The position numbers and the translations under genes were made by a program. This document shows positions 47,626 to 57,134 of a stretch of DNA of 64,000 nt, one piece after another. Numbering within the stretch: the stretch's first letter is position 1; each line of letters opens with the position of its first letter. Source of the DNA: a virus; UHGV virus genome UHGV-1332848. The stretch is one strand, 5' to 3'. The notes under the pieces are model-generated. The model saw only the letters and a program-made list of their open reading frames with translations. It had not been told where the DNA came from and ran no database searches.

Positions 47626-47701
47626 CAATAAAATTCCACTTTTATTTAATTAATTATTATAATAATGCACACCATTTATAGATGTGCATAGGTTTTAATA
47701 A

Positions 47702-48457
47702 TTAAACAGCATCTGGAACTAAAGCCCAGTTAACCATTTTCTCTAAACTATCACCTAATATATCTACTTTTAAGCTGAATGGTGATACATTTTCAGCATC
47801 AAATGTAAATGCATTTTCAGCAAGAGTTGTTACGTTAGGGAATGTTAATTGCATATCAACAAAAGCTCCTTCTGCATGTGTTTTACCCTTACATCTTAAT
47901 ATCATAGTACATGATTCAGATAATTCATTTGTTGCTTTAATAGTAAAGTTTAAGGCTTCTTTTGAAGTGTAGTATGTGGCAACAATTATATCTCCCTTTT
48001 TAGCTCCAGTTAGTGTCGCACTCTTTCCTGATGTAACTTGTGCTGTTGAAAGTTCCCCTATCTTTGTTCTTCTGTCCTTTTGTAATTTATAGAACTTAAC
48101 TACACCAACAGGAGTTTCTTTTAAAGTGACTACTTCGTCATTTGTTGTAACCTCAAACTCATCACGATTATAGAATTTAACTGCTGATGTTTGTAATTGG
48201 CTACCATTAGCAAATGACATAACTTCTAAAGATGTTAATTCTAAATCAAATGTACCCTCACCTTGCTTTGGCTGGTCAAAAGAAACCATGTCGCCACCAT
48301 TACCTTTTGCTTTAACAGTTTCGCCTGTTGCCGAAAATTCAAATTTGTTTGCGAAATTTATATATACTTTCTCTTCATTTGTCTTGTTAGATATAAATGA
48401 AATTCTTCCAACATCTTTTATCGCAAAAATACCTACATTTTCTAATCCACTATACAT
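47702..48457 (-). CDS. major tail (tube) protein
   Basis: 251-aa beta-rich protein upstream of chaperones and tape measure; strong RBS AAGGAGGAAAATG. Confidence 0.5.
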   Translation of the reverse strand: MYSGLENVGIFAIKDVGRISFISNKTNEEKVYINFANKFEFSATGETVKAKGNGGDMVSFDQPKQGEGTFDLELTSLEVMSFANGSQLQTSAVKFYNRDEFEVTTNDEVVTLKETPVGVVKFYKLQKDRRTKIGELSTAQVTSGKSATLTGAKKGDIIVATYYTSKEALNFTIKATNELSESCTMILRCKGKTHAEGAFVDMQLTFPNVTTLAENAFTFDAENVSPFSLKVDILGDSLEKMVNWALVPDAV

Positions 48458-48503
48458 TCATTTTCCTCCTTTTAATTAATTTTTATAAATATGGCATTAC
48501 CCA

Positions 48504-49313
48504 CTATTCATCAATAATTCTTTCGTTAAACCCTCTAGTGTCCATCTTTTTAACATCGGATAACATTCCACTTGATAGTAACCTCATGTCGTATCTATAC
48601 TTCTCTGCCTTATTTAAAATTATATATGTATTATAAAGTTGATACAGGTTGAAGCTAAGTGGCTTTTCATAATCAACTGAATTTGAAGCATGACAAACAT
48701 AATTAAAGACACTATATAAACTTAGTGCCTTCTTGTTTTTACTATCTTCTTTTTTATTTTTATTATAAATTGCTAACTGATACTCTCTTTCTCTTCTATC
48801 CTTAATATTCATTATCTGTTCGTAAGTTAGCTTTTTTTCTTTCTTATCTTTATTTATATCATTTTCTGTCACTTTTTTTAAATGACACATTTTCTGTATT
48901 ATTTCAGATAACTGTTCAAATTTAATTTTATCCAGCCACAACATATCATCAATAACTATCTCTTTATGAACTTCGTCAGGCTTATCATCATTAGGCATAT
49001 AATTTAACTTTACATTATTAGTTTCAAATACTATTTTTAAAAACTCTATACAATAATCTATTTGAATATCATCAGTTGATAAAATATCTAGTAGAAACCT
49101 TTCCTCTCCAATTGGTGGTTTGCCTAATAATGCATCTGAATTCAACCTAAATGGATTTACTAATGAATTATAGACTTCTTCGCTCATAGTAAAAACATCT
49201 TTAACTTTAATGTGATGTAGATGTTTATTATAGAAAGGTATTGGTAATCCAGTTAAACATAACCCCTTTAAATATTCACAATACTCTTCATCTTCAATAT
49301 TATATAAATCCAT
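48504..49313 (-). CDS. head-tail joining / tail completion protein (putative)
   Basis: position between capsid and tail tube genes. Confidence 0.4.
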   Translation of the reverse strand: MDLYNIEDEEYCEYLKGLCLTGLPIPFYNKHLHHIKVKDVFTMSEEVYNSLVNPFRLNSDALLGKPPIGEERFLLDILSTDDIQIDYCIEFLKIVFETNNVKLNYMPNDDKPDEVHKEIVIDDMLWLDKIKFEQLSEIIQKMCHLKKVTENDINKDKKEKKLTYEQIMNIKDRREREYQLAIYNKNKKEDSKNKKALSLYSVFNYVCHASNSVDYEKPLSFNLYQLYNTYIILNKAEKYRYDMRLLSSGMLSDVKKMDTRGFNERIIDE

Positions 49314-49319
49314 AATTTA

Positions 49320-49814
49320 TCACCCTATTTCGCCTTTAAAATCACTAAATTTAAACTGTAACTCTATAGCGTAATAATCTTTTCTGCTTGTTATTTCCTG
49401 AAAACCATTCATATAACACTTACCAACCCAATTGCCATATGAACTATCAAAGCTTTTCATAAGTTCATCACAAATACTTATAACCCTTGTGTCACCATTT
49501 TCTAAGGAGTAAATATCATTGTGCGATATTACATAGAAGTACAAATACACATCTGCAAAGGCTGTATTTACCCTATTTGGTGCTACTCTAAAATTAGTTA
49601 ATAAAAATGTCCTGACTTCCTGTATTGTTGAATCCCAAACAACAGGATTTAAGTATATGTAGTTATTAAGCAAGGATTGTGGGTCATCTATGTCTGGTAA
49701 ATCAAACGGATTTTCCTCATTATAAACTATCATTTTTAATAAATTTTGATTTGATAATAACCTTTCTTTTATAATAGATTTTAAATCATTAATTTTTTTA
49801 AATATTGTATCCAT
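49320..49814 (-). CDS. head-tail joining / tail completion protein (putative)
   Basis: position. Confidence 0.4.
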   Translation of the reverse strand: MDTIFKKINDLKSIIKERLLSNQNLLKMIVYNEENPFDLPDIDDPQSLLNNYIYLNPVVWDSTIQEVRTFLLTNFRVAPNRVNTAFADVYLYFYVISHNDIYSLENGDTRVISICDELMKSFDSSYGNWVGKCYMNGFQEITSRKDYYAIELQFKFSDFKGEIG

Positions 49815-50785
49815 TATTTAGTTAATCCCACCTCCTGACTTACATTAACTACACCATTAGAGAAATTTATAATTATCTTGTTTAAATTTTCACCTTTTAG
49901 ATTTCTCATCTTTATACTATTACTAGCCTTACTTTCCACACTAATATGAGATGAATCAACACCATTGTAATCAATAGATATATCCCAATTTCCTGTATCC
50001 GCAATATTGTCCTTCATTACAGTAAATTTAGACGAACTATATTGTCTCATATCAAAAGCACCTAAACTAGATGATATTGAATAACCATTTTGAGGTCTTA
50101 TCTCAGGTTCTTCTTCACCTGATAAGAATGCATTGTAAGCAATATTGTTTACCAAGTCATCTTTGCCATCGAAATGCTCAACCTTTTTCATTACTATTTT
50201 ATAAATATTAGGTGTAGATACATTCTTAATAGAAATAGTCTCAAACTTCATCATTGGGTTGTGATTAAATATAAATTTCATATTCTGTTTTATTTGATTT
50301 GTGGTAGAATTCACAGGGACAAAACACGCAATCTTCCCATCAACCATCGAGAAGTAATCTAAGTTAATTTCGCCTTTGTCATTATAAGCTGTATCTTCGC
50401 AAACACATGGTATAGGAGCAGATAACCCCTTCCAATTCAATGTTTGGTTACAATATTTTGCGATAGAATACGGAGCAATTGTATTATCACTTTCACACTC
50501 AATTATTAAATATGATTTATCATTATATTTTATATAACTACCAACTTCTATATTGGAATCAGGTAAAAATACTATTCTTTTTTGAGCGGTTGTTCTTTCT
50601 ATGTTGGTAACCCTTACATCCATTATTGTCTCTGTTAAATCTAATTTTTGCAAAGTAGCTTGTCTATATGAAGGGTCATTTTTAAATTCTCTAATAAAAA
50701 GCTCTTTAGAGGTATTTAATCTAGCCTCACTAACATTAGAGCCTTGATTATTCATTTTCTTTTTCCAAATATCATAATATCTCAT
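49814..50785 (-). CDS. hypothetical structural protein
   Basis: position; start overlaps upstream stop. Confidence 0.4.
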   Translation of the reverse strand: MRYYDIWKKKMNNQGSNVSEARLNTSKELFIREFKNDPSYRQATLQKLDLTETIMDVRVTNIERTTAQKRIVFLPDSNIEVGSYIKYNDKSYLIIECESDNTIAPYSIAKYCNQTLNWKGLSAPIPCVCEDTAYNDKGEINLDYFSMVDGKIACFVPVNSTTNQIKQNMKFIFNHNPMMKFETISIKNVSTPNIYKIVMKKVEHFDGKDDLVNNIAYNAFLSGEEEPEIRPQNGYSISSSLGAFDMRQYSSSKFTVMKDNIADTGNWDISIDYNGVDSSHISVESKASNSIKMRNLKGENLNKIIINFSNGVVNVSQEVGLTK

Positions 50786-51210
50786 TATTTAAACCCAACC
50801 TTAGACAATCTAGTTAAGTTATATCTTCCTATCCAATACTGAAATTCTTTTTCGGCATCAGATTTTAACTCTCTAAGCTCCCTCAAATGATTAGCTTGAC
50901 TATAAAAGTTAAAATCCTTAGAGCTTAATGATTGTTTTAATAATTCTATATTATTTATCTTTGGTGTCAACCAAGACACGACCATCCCATAAGCTAGTAT
51001 TTCTACTTCTAAATCTTCCAATTCTCTATTAAAACATCCCATATCATAATCTGCAACTAAATCATTTCTACTTATAAACTTTGAAATCGAAGTCTTTAAA
51101 AGCATTTTCAGTTCAATATTTAATTCCTCTTCCGTAAGGTTAGTATATTCACTTAAAGTCGTTATCTTTGACAAAAACACAGCAAAAATATCTTCAAAAT
51201 AAGTTCCCAA
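50785..51210 (-). CDS. head-tail connector protein (putative)
   Basis: position. Confidence 0.4.
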   Translation of the reverse strand: MGTYFEDIFAVFLSKITTLSEYTNLTEEELNIELKMLLKTSISKFISRNDLVADYDMGCFNRELEDLEVEILAYGMVVSWLTPKINNIELLKQSLSSKDFNFYSQANHLRELRELKSDAEKEFQYWIGRYNLTRLSKVGFK

Positions 51211-51224
51211 TTATATCTCACCAC

Positions 51225-51935
51225 CTATAATAGCAATGTAGTGCCTAAAATTTCTTCCAACTTTCTTATTAAAACAATATCTCTAATTTCGTTGTTATTT
51301 ACTTTTGTAAAAATAACGCCAGCTAAAGTTTTTTTGTATTCATATGGAGCTTTATTTATCACTTCTTCAATTTCATCAACATTCATATCTAACAGGTTAT
51401 CAACATCTTCCATTTGTTCAATTACTTCATATAAGTTCTTTAGCCCCAACGCCTCAATCACTTCTTCATCATCTACAATCAACCAAGGTGTATTTAAGAA
51501 ACGTCTAGATGTACTATCCATAGTTAAAATTTCATCAATAGTTAGCACTTCTTCATCTCCAATTGCCATCCATTTATATAGAGTATTTGTTTTCGGAGAT
51601 TTAAAAGAAACAACTCCCGCTACACTTCTTACAACAACTTCTTTATCTTTAATTGTTCTTAAATATGATTTTGTTATTTTTTTAGGTCTCTCATTGTTTT
51701 TATGTGAAACTTCTATTTCGTTTAATTTATTTTTATCTTGCATTTGCTGAAACATAGCAAACATTTGATTCATTAACTCAGGTGGTATATCATTTATAGT
51801 CAACTCTTTTTTAGAGTTGAGTTCTTCTTTAACTACCTCTTCTTTCTTTTTAGGAGTTGTTTTTCTATTAGTCGTTTTCTTTTTTTGTTCAACTTCCCCT
51901 ATAACATTTATATCCTCTTTTTTCTTTACACCCAT
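51225..51935 (-). CDS. hypothetical structural protein with Lys-rich N-terminus
   Basis: position after capsid gene. Confidence 0.4.
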   Translation of the reverse strand: MGVKKKEDINVIGEVEQKKKTTNRKTTPKKKEEVVKEELNSKKELTINDIPPELMNQMFAMFQQMQDKNKLNEIEVSHKNNERPKKITKSYLRTIKDKEVVVRSVAGVVSFKSPKTNTLYKWMAIGDEEVLTIDEILTMDSTSRRFLNTPWLIVDDEEVIEALGLKNLYEVIEQMEDVDNLLDMNVDEIEEVINKAPYEYKKTLAGVIFTKVNNNEIRDIVLIRKLEEILGTTLLL

Positions 51936-51965
51936 TTTATATTCCTCCTACTAGAACTCTTATTA

Positions 51966-52175
51966 TTATGAAAATTTAATGTCATTTAATTTATTTAATT
52001 TTTCATGAAAGTAATCATCTACAAGAAAGCTGTAAGATATCAACCCTTCATCATCAAATTTATAATATTTATATCCTATATAATTCAAAGCATAAGCTAA
52101 TGTTTTACTTTTAGTTTGAAAGTATTTGTTATTCATATTACACCCCATTAAATAAAAAGTAGGGCAGTAAACCAC
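51966..52175 (-). CDS. small hypothetical protein
   Basis: ORF between structural genes. Confidence 0.35.
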   Translation of the reverse strand: MVYCPTFYLMGCNMNNKYFQTKSKTLAYALNYIGYKYYKFDDEGLISYSFLVDDYFHEKLNKLNDIKFS

Positions 52176-52190
52176 CCTACCTAAAATTCA

Positions 52191-53210
52191 CTATTCTAAT
52201 TCAATAGAACCAATCATTTTATTGTAACCAACTGAACAACCCGCTTTAAAAGTAACAGCAGTTTCTAAACTTCTATCTGCATTATCAGTTCCATCAGAAA
52301 CTTCCTTAACTTCAGTGTCTCCCTCAAGTAACATTTGGACAACCTTTGTATTGTTTCCACAAACAGCATAAACTTTATTTGTAGGCATAGTAAAGTCTAA
52401 TGTTCCAACTTTATGCCCCTGTGCTATTTCCATACAAGTATATCCATTCCAAACTGGTAAAATAAAATCTTCATTTCTTTGGTCTTTCATCTTGTCTGAG
52501 AACTTAGTATCTACAACACCTTGAAGTTTTCTTATTGCGGTAGCTACCCCTACTAATATAGGTTTTTCGCCATTACTAGCTTCTAAATGGGTTAACATAG
52601 TTAATATATTGTCTTCGTTATATGTACCCGTAACCTTAAATGTAGTTGGCAACTTATCAATAGCAACAGCAAAAGTAGCTTGTGCAATTTCAGCTAGTTT
52701 TTTATCAATAGCTATAGCAATTAATGAAACCAACTTATCAATAGAAGCTCTACCACTTGCCACTCTCTCATAGTATTCATAAACTTTTATACCAAAATCC
52801 TTCATAGAAGGAGTGAATGATTGTCCAACATCTACTCTTTGTCTTCTTAAGTCAAAATGTGAACCAGAGAATTCAGAAACAATTAATTCATTTCCCCCTT
52901 CTACATAGAACTCAGGCTTGTCACCCAAAGCTAAATTTCTAACTTCTACAAACTGGTTGAAGAAAGCATTCTTTTGATACTCTCCATCAACCATTACTTG
53001 ATTTGCGACTTCTTCTATAATCGCATAAACCTTGTATTTATTTTCATTCCAAGCCCTTCTAAAAACCTTCTTCTCAAACTTCTCTATTCCCAATGCATTT
53101 AATAATTCCGTCCTAATAGCTTCTTCTCTTTCAGATTTTGAAACTGAAGCATATTTTGCTGGAATTTCACCCTTGTATGTATCATATATAATTTTTACTA
53201 AATCGTTCAT
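52191..53210 (-). CDS. major capsid protein (HK97-fold, putative)
   Basis: 339-aa gene with strongest RBS context (AAAAGGAGGTAAG) in the head module. Confidence 0.6.
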   Translation of the reverse strand: MNDLVKIIYDTYKGEIPAKYASVSKSEREEAIRTELLNALGIEKFEKKVFRRAWNENKYKVYAIIEEVANQVMVDGEYQKNAFFNQFVEVRNLALGDKPEFYVEGGNELIVSEFSGSHFDLRRQRVDVGQSFTPSMKDFGIKVYEYYERVASGRASIDKLVSLIAIAIDKKLAEIAQATFAVAIDKLPTTFKVTGTYNEDNILTMLTHLEASNGEKPILVGVATAIRKLQGVVDTKFSDKMKDQRNEDFILPVWNGYTCMEIAQGHKVGTLDFTMPTNKVYAVCGNNTKVVQMLLEGDTEVKEVSDGTDNADRSLETAVTFKAGCSVGYNKMIGSIELE

Positions 53211-53239
53211 ATTATTTCTTACCTCCTTTTAATTAATTA

Positions 53240-53848
53240 TTAAGCTATAACTCTGACTAATTCTAGTTGAACCATCTTATAATCGGTTGGGAACATTGAA
53301 GCTGTAGCACTACCATCAGTGTAAACATAATTAGCTATGTGCGAATTCACAACTCTAACAACTTTAAAATAGAAACAAGTTTTAGCTAATAATGGTGCAT
53401 CTGTTGAGTATTTTAACTGAGTTCCAGCTACAGCATTTGCTTCTAATGTAAACTTGTCGCCAACCTCGACCTCTTTTGTTTTTCCTGAAACCTTTCCTGT
53501 TAAATCAAAGTAATCGAATGATAAATCTATACCATCTAATTCTTCTAATGGAACAACTGGAAATGCTTTGTTTGCAGGATTCCTAAATATCCCTATCGCA
53601 TTGTCAACTTTTCTATCTTGCTTATAGTTTATTTCTGGTTTCATAACTATGACAGGCATTTTAGCTTTCACCAATTCTTCTGTTGGTGCTAAAAATTGTC
53701 TCACCTCTGTTGAACCCTCAACAAAATCACCTAAATACCCCAATACCCCATTTGGTATTTCTGTATTAAATTTAGCAGAGTGTAATCTTCCCCCTCTGTT
53801 AGTAGCCTTAACTTGTGATAAATCACATCTAAAATATGTTTTAGCCAT
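53240..53848 (-). CDS. head-associated protein (decoration/scaffold candidate)
   Basis: position directly upstream of capsid gene; RBS AAAGGAGGAA. Confidence 0.4.
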   Translation of the reverse strand: MAKTYFRCDLSQVKATNRGGRLHSAKFNTEIPNGVLGYLGDFVEGSTEVRQFLAPTEELVKAKMPVIVMKPEINYKQDRKVDNAIGIFRNPANKAFPVVPLEELDGIDLSFDYFDLTGKVSGKTKEVEVGDKFTLEANAVAGTQLKYSTDAPLLAKTCFYFKVVRVVNSHIANYVYTDGSATASMFPTDYKMVQLELVRVIA

Positions 53849-53868
53849 ATATTAATTCCTCCTTTAAT

Positions 53869-55368
53869 TTAATTATTTTTTATATACTTGTCTAAAATAC
53901 ACCATGCAGTGTCAGTATTTGATTCTTTTTCCATATTAACTACAGGAACTCTTACAATATTCTTAGAAAAGTCTCTCTTATTTTTAGAGTTGATATCTAT
54001 ATTGTTATCAAACGCTAAAACTTTAAGTGATTTAATTAATTCTTCTTTTTCTAATTCATATCTTTTTTCAAATAACTCATTATATCCCACAACTTTATTC
54101 AAGGCAGAATATTCAACAAATATTGAATTCAACTCAGCATCCTTTTGTTCTTTTTCTATTTTTAATTTAAATTCAGCAAGTTCCTTGTTTTCTTCTTGCA
54201 ATGATACATATGTAGAATTTAAATCGATATATTTGCCCTTCATATCTCTTAGTTCATCATCCTGCTTCGAATACTTACTATTATATTCTTCTACTTTTTC
54301 TTTATTATGTTTTATTTCTACTTCAAAAACGTTACTAACAACTTCTGATTCACCCTCGATATATTCTCTCCAGTCACCCCTAATATATCTCTTAAACTCA
54401 TCTAAATTTAAAATTATTCCATCACCTTCTAATGTGTAGGGAATCCCATAATATCTATACCAACATTCAGAATCTTCGCATATTGCAATGTTTTCTGTAG
54501 GTAATATATCTATTAAATAGTATTTTTGACACTCATATGTATCTCCCCACCAATCAGTATGAGTATGTGTAATTTCTTTTAATTTTTCTCTTATTTTTTT
54601 GTCTAAATCTTCAACACTTAAAGTAAATAATTTTTCTTTTAAATCATCAAAACTTAAAGATTCATCATTGATTACAGTTTCATATTTTTCAGATTTAAGA
54701 TATGAATATTTTTTTATCAATTCTTTCTTCTCATCCAATTTATTACCCCCTTTACCAAAATTTATATTTTTAACCTCTTCAAGCAACATAGAAAATTCTT
54801 TTTTGTAATCTTCTTTATTAAGAGAATATACTACTTTTGCACTAGGGAAGCATGGTGCAGTATTTTCACCAAGTATACAAATTCCTGTAAAATTAAAATT
54901 ATTTATAACCATTACTTGATTCTCATCCTCTTCGTAGTCTAAAACAGATATCTCCATAGATTGATTATTTAAGTTCTCCATGACCTTTTCTGCTTCAGGA
55001 TATCTGCTAGTCCAAAGTATCCCATCACAAACTAGATATTCAATTCCACTTTTATCAAATTCCCATCTCGGATTACAATTCTCAGGAATAACGCCATATG
55101 CTTTAGTTGTTTCAATAAACTTAATTCCATCATCTGATATTTCTAGCTTTCCACCATGCCCCTTAAAATCCTCGATACTTTCTGACCATTCGCCTAGTAT
55201 TGGAATATTATATAAACTATTCATAGCGTTTTCAAAAGCTTGCTTTGTTATATTAGAGCCATTTGCATTCTCGCCGTAAGTTGCAACCCAAATATTAACC
55301 TTAGTAAAGTCAGGATGTTCAAATTCTTTTACTTGTTCAAATTTAACACTCAAATTTAATTTATTCAC
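53869..55368 (-). CDS. head morphogenesis protein (possible prohead protease-scaffold fusion)
   Basis: N-terminal globular domain + long C-terminal coiled coil (KEKLFTLSVEDLDKKIREKLKE...). Confidence 0.35.
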   Translation of the reverse strand: MNKLNLSVKFEQVKEFEHPDFTKVNIWVATYGENANGSNITKQAFENAMNSLYNIPILGEWSESIEDFKGHGGKLEISDDGIKFIETTKAYGVIPENCNPRWEFDKSGIEYLVCDGILWTSRYPEAEKVMENLNNQSMEISVLDYEEDENQVMVINNFNFTGICILGENTAPCFPSAKVVYSLNKEDYKKEFSMLLEEVKNINFGKGGNKLDEKKELIKKYSYLKSEKYETVINDESLSFDDLKEKLFTLSVEDLDKKIREKLKEITHTHTDWWGDTYECQKYYLIDILPTENIAICEDSECWYRYYGIPYTLEGDGIILNLDEFKRYIRGDWREYIEGESEVVSNVFEVEIKHNKEKVEEYNSKYSKQDDELRDMKGKYIDLNSTYVSLQEENKELAEFKLKIEKEQKDAELNSIFVEYSALNKVVGYNELFEKRYELEKEELIKSLKVLAFDNNIDINSKNKRDFSKNIVRVPVVNMEKESNTDTAWCILDKYIKNN

Positions 55369-55573
55369 ATTATCACCTCCTTTGCTAAAAATAAAGCTTG
55401 TTTGTCTTATAAACTTTTATGTTTAATTTATTAAAATTTAATTTATTATCATTTTCAAAAACGTAAGCAAATTTATCTCCTATTTGGTTTTTACAAATAA
55501 ATTTATAACCATTTAAAATCAATTTTTCTCTTTCACTCTCGCTGAATACGTAAATAAACATCTAAACCACCAC

Positions 55574-57118
55574 CTAAATATCTCTATCATTACCATCACT
55601 ATCACGTGTAACTTCACCCTCATCCGATATTTTACTATCATCAACTTTTTCTCTACCACCTTCACCTGAAAGATCTGAACTTGACGTTGTATGAGAACTA
55701 GCTAATGGCTTCCATTCTTCCGATAGATTCAATATATTGTCTTCAAGGAAAGTTAATCCCCTTTCTACCCCCTGAGTAACTCCACATAATGCAGATAGCT
55801 GTAGTTTAACAGGAACACCATATTGTGCAAGTTTTAAAAGTTGAGTAATTGTTTCATCTAAGTTAAATACTGTTACATCTAAAAGCTTTATTGTAAATTT
55901 ACCATTATATTCTCTTTTAAATTTTCTATTTAACCAACGCTCAAACTGCCTATATATCTTAAATATCCTAGCTGAATCAACTAGATTTGATGATTTTAAT
56001 CCTGTACTTGTAGTCGCACCTTTACCAAAGTTTACTGGACTTATACCACTTGATGTAAATACATTATCTTCGGCTCTATTAACGTTATCTTTATCAGATA
56101 CAACTCCACTTCCAAAGTTTATATCTTTAAAATCAGTAACAGATAAAAAAGCACCTATACCTTCAGGTAGATTGTCTAATAACATACTGTAGAATTGTAT
56201 AGCAGTATTTGTATCAACTAAGAAATCATCAACTTTCCCACTATTCTTATTTAATGGTATTTGCATACCTATAAATTTATAGTTATCAACTTGTGTTTTT
56301 GTTTTAGTTAATTCTTTGTATGTTGCTAAATCTGATAAGTCATTAAATAAGCTTGAAAATGGTGGAAATACAAATGGTAATTCCTCAAGCATTTTTATAC
56401 AAATAGTATTTTCTTCACTCAATTCTTGCCACTTCATATTTGTCTTATCTTTTAAATACTTAGAATAACAGCTCCTAAATTCTTCTGGGTATGTTTTAAT
56501 TAATTCTTCATCAACACCTTTTATTTTCTTGTTCTTTTCAAAATAACTGAAATCAAATTGAAAATTAAAAACTCCATCTGTTATAGATGATATTCTACAA
56601 TAATCACTATCAAGTTGCTGTATATAAAAACTATCAGTTGTTTCATGCACATAACCGTAAAATACATCTTCTCTTACATTAATACCTAGTATTCTTTGGA
56701 ATTCATGTGCTATATTTAACTTCTCTAAGTTAGAGATAATTTTAAAATACTCTTTCTTTAGTTTTTTCTTATCTGAAATATCACCATTAGCAGAACTAAA
56801 TTTATCTACATTAGGCACAACAATAGGAATAAACTTACTAATAGAAGGAAGGTAATTCACTACTTGCTGATATTGTGGAGATAATGTCGTTAATACAGTA
56901 GATAAATTTCTTAATTTTGCTTCATGCTCTATTGGGTTCTCTAAGAACTTTTGAACATTCTCTTGAGTAAACTTATCTGAGAATGGTTTCTTTTTTTGAG
57001 CTGTAACAAGAGTGTTAGCAACACTACTATTTAATTTTTGTGCAAATTCTAAGAATAATTTAGTATTAATTTCATCTTTAATTTTATTAACTTGTTCTTC
57101 TGTGTATGTTTTCTCCAT
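55574..57118 (-). CDS. portal protein (putative)
   Basis: 514-aa gene immediately downstream of the large terminase; acidic C-terminus. Confidence 0.55.
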   Translation of the reverse strand: MEKTYTEEQVNKIKDEINTKLFLEFAQKLNSSVANTLVTAQKKKPFSDKFTQENVQKFLENPIEHEAKLRNLSTVLTTLSPQYQQVVNYLPSISKFIPIVVPNVDKFSSANGDISDKKKLKKEYFKIISNLEKLNIAHEFQRILGINVREDVFYGYVHETTDSFYIQQLDSDYCRISSITDGVFNFQFDFSYFEKNKKIKGVDEELIKTYPEEFRSCYSKYLKDKTNMKWQELSEENTICIKMLEELPFVFPPFSSLFNDLSDLATYKELTKTKTQVDNYKFIGMQIPLNKNSGKVDDFLVDTNTAIQFYSMLLDNLPEGIGAFLSVTDFKDINFGSGVVSDKDNVNRAEDNVFTSSGISPVNFGKGATTSTGLKSSNLVDSARIFKIYRQFERWLNRKFKREYNGKFTIKLLDVTVFNLDETITQLLKLAQYGVPVKLQLSALCGVTQGVERGLTFLEDNILNLSEEWKPLASSHTTSSSDLSGEGGREKVDDSKISDEGEVTRDSDGNDRDI

Positions 57119-57134
57119 AATAAATTCCTCCTTT

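Noticed and set aside
53869-55368. Specific call of prohead protease (S78/U35)
   Set aside because: I could not identify catalytic Ser/His motifs by eye. Only the position after the portal and the C-terminal coiled coil suggest a head-morphogenesis role.
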